Below, one piece after another: positions 7,850 to 17,507 of a DNA stretch of 43,149 nt. The stretch spans positions 1 to 43,149 of the forward strand of contig JAUZOY010000001.1 of assembly GCA_030706235.1 (NCBI GenBank), in the 5' to 3' direction. This DNA comes from Bacteroidota bacterium (lineage in GTDB: Bacteria; Bacteroidota; Bacteroidia; Bacteroidales; GWE2-29-8). The notes beneath the pieces were generated by a model. The model did not search any database, had not been told where the DNA came from, and saw nothing but the letters and a program-made list of their open reading frames with translations. A program made the translations under genes and the position numbers. The number at the start of each line of letters is the position of its first letter. Within the stretch, counting starts at the first letter, position 1.

Positions 7850-9661
7850 TTATCTGTTTATCCAATCCCCGTTATTCTTAATTAGCATGATTAATTCATC
7901 AACAGCTTCAGAAGATTTGATTCCTTTTTTTACTAATTGTTTTTTGTAGTATAGATTTACCTGGTCGTTTCCGGCACCTACATAGCCATAATCTGCATCT
8001 GCCATTTCCCCGGGCCCATTTACAATACAACCCATTACCGCTATTTTTAATCCTTTAAGATGATTAGTTTTTTCTCTTACTTCTTTTACAACAGATTGAA
8101 GATCAAATAACGTTCTTCCGCATGATGGACATGAAATGTATTCTGTTTTTGTAATTCTTGCTTTGCATGCCTGTAATACAGAAAATGCAGTATCTGAAAG
8201 AAGTTTATTGTCTTTACAATTTAATAATGAAATCATTAAACCGTCACCATAACCATCAATAAATAAACTCCCTGCATCAGATGCAGCATAAATTTTTAAT
8301 TCATCTTTACTAATTTCGCTATATTTTTGATGGATAATTACAGGTGCATTACAATTTTCTTTTCTAAGAAAATTAAAGAAAGCTATTTTATTATTATAGT
8401 TTTCATTTTCAATATCTAAAATGATTACAGAATTAGATATAGTGTTGATTTTTTCGATAATAGATTTATCAAACTCTTTAATTTTACCGTAGATAAAATT
8501 TATTTCAGAATTATTAGAAGAAATATTTGCAAACTCATTGGTTTTGAAAATGGGATATGATTTTGTTTCAGTATCCGATGAATTATTTTGGAATTCAGAG
8601 TATCTGATAATTGCAGTATTGACTCCTGAATGATAAATGTAATCCGGAGCCAAATCTTTATCAAAAAGAAATGGCTTGCCTGTGTTTAAAGAATCTATTT
8701 CAGTAATCACAACAGGTACATTATCCTTACCAATACTATTAACTTTTATAGTTTCTCTTTTTCTGTATTCTGTACCGCAAAATCCTTCATCAATACTATT
8801 GCACTCTGGTTTTATTCCAAATCTGTTTACGATTGCTTTTGCTACAGGAATTTCACATTCCGGTGGTTCAGTCAAAGATACTCTGATTGTATTGCCTATC
8901 CCGGATGCCAGTAATGTACCTATTCCTAAAGAGGATTTTATTCTTCCGTCTTCACCTTCTCCTGCTTCGGTTACTCCTAAATGAAGAGGATAATACATAT
9001 TATTCTCAATCATTTTTTTTACAAGAAGTCTGTTGGAATAAATCATAATATTGGGACTGCTGGCTTTGAGTGATATGACTAAATTATGGAAGTCAAGGTC
9101 TTCACAAATCCTGACAAATTCCATAGCTGATTCAACCATGCCAATAGGAGTATCTCCATATCTTGAGAGAATTCTATCAGATAGGGAACCGTGGTTTATC
9201 CCAATTCTTATTGCTGTTCCGTATTCTTTACAAATTTTCAGAAGAGGGGAGAGCCTGGTACGGATTTTTTCTAATTCATTATTATACTCCTGTTCGGTAA
9301 ATTCAATTTTTGAATTAGTTTTTTTATCGACATAATTTCCCGGATTGATTCTTACCTTTTCAACTATTCTGGCTACATATTCAGCTACATCCGGCCTGAA
9401 ATGAACATCAGCAATCAGAGGTATATTAAAACCCTGTGCCTGGAGTTCTTTTTTTATCAATCTGAGATTTTCTGCTTCTTTAAGATTTTGTGTAGTTATC
9501 CTGACCATTTCACATCCGGCTTCAATCATTTTTATTGATTGTTTTACCGTACTGTATGTGTCCATCGTGTCAGTATTTGTCATGGACTGAATGCGAATTG
9601 GATTAGCACCACCAAGAGCAAGCTCTCCGATGCTGATAACTTTTGTCTTAAAAACAGGCAT
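7850..9661 (-). CDS. ispG: 4-hydroxy-3-methylbut-2-en-1-yl diphosphate synthase (IspG/GcpE), long form with inserted domain
   Basis: The N-terminal TIM-barrel motifs (GGANPIRIQSMTNT, RITTQN, PLIADVHF, RINPGN) and the C-terminal 4Fe-4S module (ISCPSCGRT...GCIVNGPGE) are split by an insert of about 250 aa, as in Bacteroidetes/plant-type IspG. Confidence 0.95.
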   Translation of the reverse strand: MPVFKTKVISIGELALGGANPIRIQSMTNTDTMDTYSTVKQSIKMIEAGCEMVRITTQNLKEAENLRLIKKELQAQGFNIPLIADVHFRPDVAEYVARIVEKVRINPGNYVDKKTNSKIEFTEQEYNNELEKIRTRLSPLLKICKEYGTAIRIGINHGSLSDRILSRYGDTPIGMVESAMEFVRICEDLDFHNLVISLKASSPNIMIYSNRLLVKKMIENNMYYPLHLGVTEAGEGEDGRIKSSLGIGTLLASGIGNTIRVSLTEPPECEIPVAKAIVNRFGIKPECNSIDEGFCGTEYRKRETIKVNSIGKDNVPVVITEIDSLNTGKPFLFDKDLAPDYIYHSGVNTAIIRYSEFQNNSSDTETKSYPIFKTNEFANISSNNSEINFIYGKIKEFDKSIIEKINTISNSVIILDIENENYNNKIAFFNFLRKENCNAPVIIHQKYSEISKDELKIYAASDAGSLFIDGYGDGLMISLLNCKDNKLLSDTAFSVLQACKARITKTEYISCPSCGRTLFDLQSVVKEVREKTNHLKGLKIAVMGCIVNGPGEMADADYGYVGAGNDQVNLYYKKQLVKKGIKSSEAVDELIMLIKNNGDWINR

Positions 9662-9665
9662 AATA

Positions 9666-10709
9666 TTAATGTGGTAAATTGTCTTTTGTATTTACAACTC
9701 TTCCGTCTTTTATAGCTTTTCCTATTTTGTATTTATCATAATTTGGCTGATATTTTTTTCCATTAAGTGTAAGTAAAGCTGCACTTAATATCAGAGAGAA
9801 TACAATAATAATGGTTATAAGTATTTTCCTTCTTCTTAATTTAGCCCAAATTGAATTTCTTTTCTGATATCTTAGCTTCTTATGAATTCTGTGTTCTTCT
9901 ATTTCATCTTTTGTAAATACTTTGAATTTATCCCAGTCCTTAGCAACAAAAAAAGATTTTCTAAAATCATCTAATTCAGAATATGGCAATGTTACTGTTT
10001 CAATAGATTCAGCATTTTCTGAAGGATTATTTAATATTTTCCCTTTAGGACTTATTATCAGTGATTCTCCTTTATAATCATGATTATTATAATCTTTACC
10101 TATTCTATTTACACCAATTACATAAGATTGATTTTCAATAGCTCTTGCAGTAAGCAATGTTTTCCATGCATCACTTCTTTTTTCAGGCCAGTTAGCCATA
10201 TAAACCAGACAATCGTATCTGTAAGTGTCATGTGTATGGGAATATTTGTTCCTGCTCCATATGGGAAATCTTAAGTCATAACATATCAAAGGTAAAAAAT
10301 TGAAATTATTAATGTTTCCGATAATAGTTTTATTACCTTCAGTATAATTCTCATTTTCACCTGCCATTCTGAACAGATGATGTTTATCATAAAACTGAGT
10401 AGTACCATCTGGGTTTATCCAAATCAACCTGTTATAAAAATTTTCATTTTCTTTGATTATCAAGCTCCCTGTAATAGCACATTTTTTATTTATTGCTATT
10501 TCTCTCATCCATCTGCATGTTCTGCCATTCATTAGTTCATGATATCGGTTTACATTCATAGTAAAACCGGTATTAAACATTTCAGGCAAAACAATCAAAT
10601 CAGTTTTTTCATTGATAGTTTCAATTTTTTTACTGAAGGAATCAATATTTTTTTTTATATTTTCCCAGTAAATATCAGATTGTATTATTGTAACTTTTAT
10701 ATCTTGCAT
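9666..10709 (-). CDS. Carbon-nitrogen hydrolase (omega-amidase, YafV-like) with a C-terminal transmembrane extension
   Basis: Nitrilase-superfamily Glu/Lys/Cys contexts are present (LPEMFNTGF; YDKHHLF; LICYDLRFP). About 85 extra C-terminal residues contain RRRKILITIIIVFSLILSAALLTL. Confidence 0.8.
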   Translation of the reverse strand: MQDIKVTIIQSDIYWENIKKNIDSFSKKIETINEKTDLIVLPEMFNTGFTMNVNRYHELMNGRTCRWMREIAINKKCAITGSLIIKENENFYNRLIWINPDGTTQFYDKHHLFRMAGENENYTEGNKTIIGNINNFNFLPLICYDLRFPIWSRNKYSHTHDTYRYDCLVYMANWPEKRSDAWKTLLTARAIENQSYVIGVNRIGKDYNNHDYKGESLIISPKGKILNNPSENAESIETVTLPYSELDDFRKSFFVAKDWDKFKVFTKDEIEEHRIHKKLRYQKRNSIWAKLRRRKILITIIIVFSLILSAALLTLNGKKYQPNYDKYKIGKAIKDGRVVNTKDNLPH

Positions 10710-11848
10710 AGCTTTTCAGCTGCTTTTTCTAAGGTTTGTTCTGATTTTGCAAAGCAAAAACGTAATACTTTATTGTCTATTTCCTTATGATAAAAAGCAG
10801 AAATTGGTATTGATGAAATACCATATTCTTTAATTAATCTTACAGCAAAATCAGTTTCTTTTTCATCACTAATTCTGCTATAATTAAGTAGTTGAAAATA
10901 TGTGCCTGAAGCAGGAGTATAGGTGAATCTTGAGGGCTTTAACAGATCATTAAAATAATCCCTTTTGCTTTGATAAAAATTTCCTAATTCAAGGTATGAT
11001 TTTTCTTTAAGATACTCAGCCATTGCATATTGTATTGGCGTGTTGCAGGTGAAAACAATAAACTGATGAGTTTTTCTGAATTCTTGCATTAGTTTTTCCG
11101 GAGCCAGGCAAAAACCTATCTTCCATCCTGTATTATGGAACAATTTGCCAAAGGAACCAATTACAAAACTATGATTTGCCAATGAAGGGTATGATGCAAT
11201 ACTTTCGTGTTTTAAATTATCAAAAATTATATGATCATAAACCTCATCGCTAAGTATAATTATATCAGAATTTGTTGTTATTTTTTCAAGTTGTTTTATA
11301 TCTTCAGCATCAATTGTGCTTCCGGTAGGATTGTGCGGAGAATTGATTATAATCATTCTTGTTGAATGATTTATAAGCTTTTTAACTTCATCCCAATTTA
11401 TTTTGTATTCTGGCGTTTTCATCTCAACATGTACCGGAATTCCTCCGTTTAATAATATTGCAGGTACATAACAATCGTACGCAGGTTCAAATACTATAAC
11501 TTCATCCCCTTCTTTAATGATTGAAGCAATGGCTGTATAAATTGCTTGTGTTGCACCGGCTGTAATAGTTATTTCACTAATAGGATCATATTCTGTATTA
11601 TATAATTCTTTTGTTTTTTCTGCTATTCCTTCTCTTAATGCAAGTACTCCAGGCATTGGGGCATATTGATTGTTCCCTTTTCTCATATGCTTTGTAACAA
11701 GATCAATTAATTTTTTGGAGCACATGAAATCCGGAAACCCCTGTGAAAGATTTATTGCATTATGTTGATTCGATAATTCTGACATTATCGCAAAAATTGA
11801 AGTACCGGTTTTGGGTAATTTGGAACTAATATTGTTAGGATATATCAT
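10697..11848 (-). CDS. Class I/II pyridoxal-phosphate aminotransferase (methionine/glutamine transaminase, YbdL-like)
   Basis: Motifs LSQGFPDF, NQYAPMPG, NSPHNPTG and SFGKLF (PLP lysine). Overlaps the amidase gene by 13 nt. Confidence 0.85.
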   Translation of the reverse strand: MIYPNNISSKLPKTGTSIFAIMSELSNQHNAINLSQGFPDFMCSKKLIDLVTKHMRKGNNQYAPMPGVLALREGIAEKTKELYNTEYDPISEITITAGATQAIYTAIASIIKEGDEVIVFEPAYDCYVPAILLNGGIPVHVEMKTPEYKINWDEVKKLINHSTRMIIINSPHNPTGSTIDAEDIKQLEKITTNSDIIILSDEVYDHIIFDNLKHESIASYPSLANHSFVIGSFGKLFHNTGWKIGFCLAPEKLMQEFRKTHQFIVFTCNTPIQYAMAEYLKEKSYLELGNFYQSKRDYFNDLLKPSRFTYTPASGTYFQLLNYSRISDEKETDFAVRLIKEYGISSIPISAFYHKEIDNKVLRFCFAKSEQTLEKAAEKLCKI

Positions 11849-11967
11849 TTTAAAATATTTCTTTTAAGCTTTTATAGCGAGACAAAGATATATAAAAAAC
11901 TAAAGCCGTATAGAAACAAATACCTGTTATTTATAAAAAACGTAAAATCATTATAATCTAAATAGCT

Positions 11968-13491
11968 TTATATTAAAATTTTTCCTGTCATTTCAGAAGG
12001 TATTTTTAATCCCATAATTGATAAAATTGTAGGAGCCAGATCAGCTAATGCTCCATCTTTTATTGATTTAAAATCTTTATCTATCAAAAAGCATGGAACC
12101 GGATTTGTTGAATGTGCTGTATTTGATGAACCATCTTCATTAATTGCGTAATCTGCATTCCCATGATCAGCTGTGATTATTACCGTATAATTATTTTTAA
12201 TAGCTTCCTCTGCAACATCATGTACACATTTATCAACAGTTTCAAGAGCTTCAACTATTGCTTTGTAAATACCGGTATGACCAACCATATCTGCATTTGC
12301 AAAGTTAAGACATATAAAATCAGCTTCATGCTTTTTAATTTCAGGTATAATTGCATCCCTGACTTCAAATGCGCTCATTGATGGCTTTAAATCATATGTT
12401 GCAACTTTAGGAGATGGTATCATAATTCTTTTTTCATTTTCGAATTCTTTCTCTCTTCCTCCTGAAAAGAAAAATGTAACATGAGGGTATTTTTCAGTTT
12501 CTGCTATTCTGATTTGCTTTTTCCCATTTTGAGAAAGTACTTCTCCAAGTGTCTTTGCCAGGTCATCTTTTTCAAATATAATATGAACATCCTTAAATGA
12601 ATGATCATACTGAGTCATAGTTACATAGAATAATTTGTTGAATTTATTCATCCCAAAATCAATCATATCATTCTGACTTAAAACATGAGTAATTTCACGG
12701 CATCTGTCTGTCCTGAAATTAAAACAAATAATTAAATCTCCTTCTTTAATTGTAGTAAGAGGTTGCAGCGATTTATCGACTGCTATTATAGGTTTTATAA
12801 ACTCATCTGTAACTCCATTGTTATATGAATTTTTCACTGCATTTAAAACATCTTCTGTCTTTTCTCCTATACCTTTTACTAATGCATCATATGCAACTTT
12901 AATTCTTTCCCATCGTTTATCTCTGTCCATTGCATAATATCTGCCCATTACTGTTGCTATTTTTCCTGCTGAAAAAGAAAGGTATTCCTGAAGTTCTTTT
13001 ATATATCCCAACCCACTTTCAGGATCAGTATCTCTTCCATCAGTAAAAGCATGTATAAAACAATTATTAATACCGTAATCTTTTGCGATGTCACATAGAC
13101 CATAAAGATGTTTCATTGAGGAATGTACCCCTCCTTCAGATACTAATCCGAGAAAATGTACCTGCTTATTATTCTCTTTTGCATATTTAAAAGCCTGAAT
13201 AATTACAGGATTATTTTTTATGCTTTTATCTTTTATTGCTTTATTTATTTTAACAAGATCCTGATATACAACTCTGCCTGCTCCTATATTTAAATGCCCT
13301 ACTTCTGAATTTCCCATCTGTCCTTCCGGTAATCCGACATCTTCACCACTACATAATAACTTACAATGAGCTTTATTAATGAGACTTTGAATATATGGAA
13401 GATTTGAATTTGCAATAGCATCAGATTTTGAACCATCTCCAATACCCCATCCATCAAGAATCATGAGTAAAACCTTTTTATTTTTTGTCAT
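11968..13491 (-). CDS. gpmI: 2,3-bisphosphoglycerate-independent phosphoglycerate mutase
   Basis: 507 aa with [29 protein letters not shown] and ITADHGNA motifs. Confidence 0.95.
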   Translation of the reverse strand: MTKNKKVLLMILDGWGIGDGSKSDAIANSNLPYIQSLINKAHCKLLCSGEDVGLPEGQMGNSEVGHLNIGAGRVVYQDLVKINKAIKDKSIKNNPVIIQAFKYAKENNKQVHFLGLVSEGGVHSSMKHLYGLCDIAKDYGINNCFIHAFTDGRDTDPESGLGYIKELQEYLSFSAGKIATVMGRYYAMDRDKRWERIKVAYDALVKGIGEKTEDVLNAVKNSYNNGVTDEFIKPIIAVDKSLQPLTTIKEGDLIICFNFRTDRCREITHVLSQNDMIDFGMNKFNKLFYVTMTQYDHSFKDVHIIFEKDDLAKTLGEVLSQNGKKQIRIAETEKYPHVTFFFSGGREKEFENEKRIMIPSPKVATYDLKPSMSAFEVRDAIIPEIKKHEADFICLNFANADMVGHTGIYKAIVEALETVDKCVHDVAEEAIKNNYTVIITADHGNADYAINEDGSSNTAHSTNPVPCFLIDKDFKSIKDGALADLAPTILSIMGLKIPSEMTGKILI

Positions 13492-13722
13492 AGAATTTTA
13501 TTTTAATAAAAATATTTTCAAAAGTAATTAAAAAAATTAAATGGCATTTTAATTATAAAATAAAAAATACATCCATACATAAAATATCTACAATAACTAT
13601 TTTTTTTATTTGCCTGATATATTACTCGCTTGAATTATTTATTCAATTTTTTAAAATTTTTAAATGTTGAATTATTTTGTTGCATATCAATCTATTCTAT
13701 TTAATTATAAAAAAAAAATAAT

Positions 13723-13755
13723 TTTGTTTAAGTTTGAAAAATTTATATAGATTTG
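13723..13755 (+). promoter_or_regulatory. Candidate Bacteroidetes promoter (-33 TTTG at 13723-13726, -7 TAGATTTG at 13748-13755) for the porP-gldKLMN operon
   Basis: The -7 box matches TAnnTTTG and TTTG lies 21 nt upstream, which is the canonical spacing. It lies about 210 nt upstream of the porP ATG, implying a long AT-rich leader. Confidence 0.4.
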
Positions 13756-13967
13756 CAAAAAAAAATAAAGGAAAAATTCCCTTTAATTGTAAATAAACGG
13801 TTAAATGAGTGTTTCTTGTATTTTATTTATAAGTTATTTTATAAGTGTTTATAATAAAATTTATTCTTATTTTATAAATTATTATAAAAAAGTTTTGGCA
13901 GTTTCAAAATAAATATGTTACTTTACAAAATTTTTGAATAGTTCAATAATATAAATGTAGCTATAAT

Positions 13968-14936
13968 ATGAGAAAATTTTTATCTCTTTTGTTAACACTG
14001 TTCGGTCTATATTCTGTAGCACAGCAAGATCCACAGTTTACTCAGAATATGTTTAATCAATTGGATATAAATCCTGGTTTTGCAGGAAGTAATGATGCAA
14101 TATGTGCTACTTTACTTGGGCGTCAACAATGGCTTGGCTTTAAGGATATTGATGGTAATAAAGGTGCTCCGCAAACCTATTTACTATCTGTTGATGGCTA
14201 TCTTAAACCTATACATGGTGGTTTGGGATTGACAATCTGCCAAGATAAGGTAGGATTTGAAAATAACCTGTCTGTTAAACTAGGTTATGCATATAGAAGA
14301 AACATTGGAACAGGAAATATTGGGATAGGTTTAAATGTTGGTTTTCTGAATAAATCCATAGATTTTACTAAATTTAAACCTATTGATAATACTGATCCAT
14401 TGCTGTATAAAAGTGGCACTACTAATTTATTGTCCAATTCAGATACTAAAGCAATGATCCCTGATTTGAACTTTGGAGTATATTATAGTATTCCTAATAA
14501 AATTTATTTCGGAGTTTCTACTTCGCAGTTAATTCAAAATAAAGCTACATTTGATAATACAAATATTGATTTAAAAAGACATTATTATGTTACTGCCGGC
14601 TATAATTATCCGATACCAAGTAATCCTTCATTTGAAGTTGCTCCTTCATTTTTTATTAAATCAGACGGTACAGCAACCCAATTTGATGTAAATTGTCTTG
14701 TTGAGTACAATAAAAAGTTCTGGGGCGGGTTAACATATAGAATACAGGATGCTGTTGGAGTTTTAATTGGTATGAACTGGCAGGATTTCAGAATAGGTTA
14801 TTCTTATGATATTACAACTTCAGCTATCGGTAGTAATGGACGAAGTAGCGGAAGTCACGAAATTATGTTAGGTTATTGTTTCAAAATCAAGACACCTGAA
14901 TCTGTTGAAAGCTATAAAAATGTAAGATTTTTGTAA
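13968..14936 (+). CDS. porP: PorP/SprF-family type IX secretion system membrane protein
   Basis: Signal peptide followed by AQQDPQFTQNMFNQLDINPGFAG, the family hallmark. Beta-barrel-like C-terminus. Immediately upstream of gldK. Confidence 0.9.
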   Translation: MRKFLSLLLTLFGLYSVAQQDPQFTQNMFNQLDINPGFAGSNDAICATLLGRQQWLGFKDIDGNKGAPQTYLLSVDGYLKPIHGGLGLTICQDKVGFENNLSVKLGYAYRRNIGTGNIGIGLNVGFLNKSIDFTKFKPIDNTDPLLYKSGTTNLLSNSDTKAMIPDLNFGVYYSIPNKIYFGVSTSQLIQNKATFDNTNIDLKRHYYVTAGYNYPIPSNPSFEVAPSFFIKSDGTATQFDVNCLVEYNKKFWGGLTYRIQDAVGVLIGMNWQDFRIGYSYDITTSAIGSNGRSSGSHEIMLGYCFKIKTPESVESYKNVRFL

Positions 14937-15041
14937 AATTTGGTATAATACTTGTAACATTGGCTTGTTATGATACGTTTAAACCTCAAATTCTTTGTAA
15001 AATAAAAGTTACTCAGAATAAACAAAATTAAATTTCAATAA

Positions 15042-16385
15042 ATGAAAAAAATTATATTTTTAGTATTTATTATTCTGATTCTGAGCGGATGTAGCCAAAA
15101 GCAAGGCGGACAGTTAACAGGTGTTGAAGGAAGACCGGAATATATGGCTGTAGATCCATTTGGAATGTTATTTATACCAATGGGAAATTATAATATGGGA
15201 CCAAGTGATCAGGATGTACCCTGGGCTATGACAACCCAGGCAAAATCTGTTTCTGTTCAGGCATTCTATATGGATGAAACGGAAATCACTAATAATGAGT
15301 ACAGACAATTTGTATTTTGGGTTAAAGATTCCCTTGCTCATAAAATATTAGGTGATGCAGGAATGGAAGATCATCTTATAAAAATTAATTCAGTAACACA
15401 GGAAGAACTTGATCCTCCTTATCTGAATTGGGAAACAGAATTAGACTGGTCCGGTGAAAAAGAAGAAGTAAGAACTGCTCTTGATGAATTGTATCTCCCG
15501 GAAAATGAAAGATTTTATAGAAGAAAAGAAATAGATACACGTAAATTGAAATTCGAATTTTATTGGATAGATTATGAAGCTGCTGCTAAAAAAAGCGGTA
15601 GAGATCTTGATTTAGGAAATGGAATCGTAGATCATAAAGACAGATCTCTATATATCAAAAAAGAAGTAATAAATGTATATCCCGATACGTTAGCTTGGGT
15701 ACATGACCTTTCATATTCTTTCAATGAACCAATGACAAACATGTATTTCTGGCATCCTGCTTATGATAACTATCCTGTGGTAGGTGTAAACTGGAAACAA
15801 GCAAGAGCATTCTGCATATGGAGAACTCAATTTATGAATAGCTATCTTCAAACACAACAAGATCCATTTGTTCAGGATTTCAGATTACCAACAGAATCAG
15901 AATGGGAATGGGCATCCAGAGGGGGTCTTGAGTTAAGCCCTTATCCTTGGGGTGGTCCTTATATTAGAAATAGCAATGGATGTTTTCTGGCAAATTATAA
16001 ACCTTTGAGAGGTAACTATGTGGATGATGGTGGCTTTCATACTGTAGTAGTAGGACATTATAACCCTAATGATTTCGGTTTATATGATATGGCTGGAAAT
16101 GTTGCAGAATGGACATCAAATGCATTTGATGAATCAGCTTACAATTTCTCTCATGATTTGAACCAGGATTACACGTATGAAGCAAAAGAAACTGATCCTC
16201 CTGTTCTTAAAAGAAAGGTTATCAGAGGTGGTTCATGGAAAGATATAGGTTATTATTTACAAAATGGATCAAAAACTTATGAATATCAGGATACAGCGAA
16301 ATGCTATATAGGATTTAGATGTGTACAAACATTTCTTGGTAGAGATAGAAATGATGGACCAGGAGCATCTAATGTTTATCAGTAG
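15042..16385 (+). CDS. gldK: Gliding motility / T9SS lipoprotein GldK (PorK), FGE-sulfatase (SUMF1) fold
   Basis: Lipobox LSGCSQ, FGE-like motifs (VGVNWKQARAFCIW, RGGSW) and operon position. Confidence 0.95.
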   Translation: MKKIIFLVFIILILSGCSQKQGGQLTGVEGRPEYMAVDPFGMLFIPMGNYNMGPSDQDVPWAMTTQAKSVSVQAFYMDETEITNNEYRQFVFWVKDSLAHKILGDAGMEDHLIKINSVTQEELDPPYLNWETELDWSGEKEEVRTALDELYLPENERFYRRKEIDTRKLKFEFYWIDYEAAAKKSGRDLDLGNGIVDHKDRSLYIKKEVINVYPDTLAWVHDLSYSFNEPMTNMYFWHPAYDNYPVVGVNWKQARAFCIWRTQFMNSYLQTQQDPFVQDFRLPTESEWEWASRGGLELSPYPWGGPYIRNSNGCFLANYKPLRGNYVDDGGFHTVVVGHYNPNDFGLYDMAGNVAEWTSNAFDESAYNFSHDLNQDYTYEAKETDPPVLKRKVIRGGSWKDIGYYLQNGSKTYEYQDTAKCYIGFRCVQTFLGRDRNDGPGASNVYQ

Positions 16386-16453
16386 TGTGTAAATCAAATA
16401 CAATCAAATAAATACTTAAATAACTTAATAATTAACTTAAAATTCTTTTTAAA

Positions 16454-17458
16454 ATGGGTCTAGCAGAATTAACCGCAGGAAAAGCATGGAAGTCGTTTAT
16501 GGCTAAAGTTTATGGATGGGGAGCTTCAGTTACAATCATTGGCGCTTTATTTAAAATTCAACACTGGCCAGGTGCTGGTATAATGCTGACTATAGGATTA
16601 TGTACTGAAGCAGTAATTTTCTTCTTCTCTGCATTTGAACCACCACATTCTGAACCAGATTGGACTTTAGTTTATCCTGAATTAGCAGGAATGGAAGATG
16701 AAGAAAGTATGTCTAAAATTGAAAAAAACAATAAAAATGGATCATCATCTTCATTAACTGGAGAATTAGATAAAATGCTTGAAGATGCAAAAATTGGTCC
16801 TGAATTAATTCAAAGTTTAGGATTAGGATTAAAAAATCTGAGTGATAGCACAAAAGAAATTAGCAAAATTTCAGTAGGTGTAGTGCCAATGGATGAATAT
16901 GTTAAAACAATGGAAGTTGCTTCAAAATCTATGTCAAATTTGTCTGGAAGTACCGAAAAATATGCCGGTTCAATTAATGTTGCTAATGAAACAATTAATA
17001 ATTTATCTGGTGCTTATAATAAAACTGCTGAAAATTTAAAGGCTGATTTAAATTCAACAAAAGCTTATTCAGAAAGTATTAATGCTGCTACTCAATCAGT
17101 AAATTTATTAAAAGATACTTATATTAAATCTACTGAATCATTAACTAAATCTGCTGAAGCAATTAACTTTTCATCTATTGACGGTAAATCATACGGAGAA
17201 CAGATTCAAAAAATTTCAAAAAATCTTGCAGCTTTGAATGTTGTATATGAATTACAATTAAAAGACGTAAAAGAACAAGTCGCATTTACCGAAAAAGTAA
17301 GTGATGGTATTAATGTATTCCTTAACAATCTTACAGGTACTGTAGAAGACACTACTAAATTTAAGGATAATATCACTAAGCTTAATAAAAATATTTCAGC
17401 ACTTAATACCGTTTATGGTAATATGTTGACTGCAATGAATGTAAAAATTAATGCATAG
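16454..17458 (+). CDS. gldL: Gliding motility / T9SS motor protein GldL (PorL)
   Basis: The N-terminus has two TM helices with the conserved glutamate (GALFKIQHWPGAGIMLTIGLCTEAVIFFFSAFEPP). The cytoplasmic C-terminal region is long. Confidence 0.9.
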   Translation: MGLAELTAGKAWKSFMAKVYGWGASVTIIGALFKIQHWPGAGIMLTIGLCTEAVIFFFSAFEPPHSEPDWTLVYPELAGMEDEESMSKIEKNNKNGSSSSLTGELDKMLEDAKIGPELIQSLGLGLKNLSDSTKEISKISVGVVPMDEYVKTMEVASKSMSNLSGSTEKYAGSINVANETINNLSGAYNKTAENLKADLNSTKAYSESINAATQSVNLLKDTYIKSTESLTKSAEAINFSSIDGKSYGEQIQKISKNLAALNVVYELQLKDVKEQVAFTEKVSDGINVFLNNLTGTVEDTTKFKDNITKLNKNISALNTVYGNMLTAMNVKINA

Positions 17459-17507
17459 TAATATAAATTAATCTTTTTTTAAGTATATAAATTAATATAA
17501 GAAAGTT

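Noticed and set aside
7850-9661. IspG is about 230 aa longer than the E. coli-type enzyme: a possible novel insertion?
   Set aside because: A large inserted domain between the TIM-barrel and the Fe-S module is the known architecture of plant-, Chlamydia- and Bacteroidetes-type IspG, so it is not novel.
13805-13912. 35-codon ATG ORF (MSVSCILFISYFISVYNKIYSYFINYYKKVLAVSK) in the long leader upstream of porP
   Set aside because: Its composition simply mirrors AT-rich DNA (F/I/Y/K/N codons). One open stretch of this length among six frames of a 476-bp spacer is plausible by chance, and I have no supporting signal. It is worth a look only if ribosome profiling is available.
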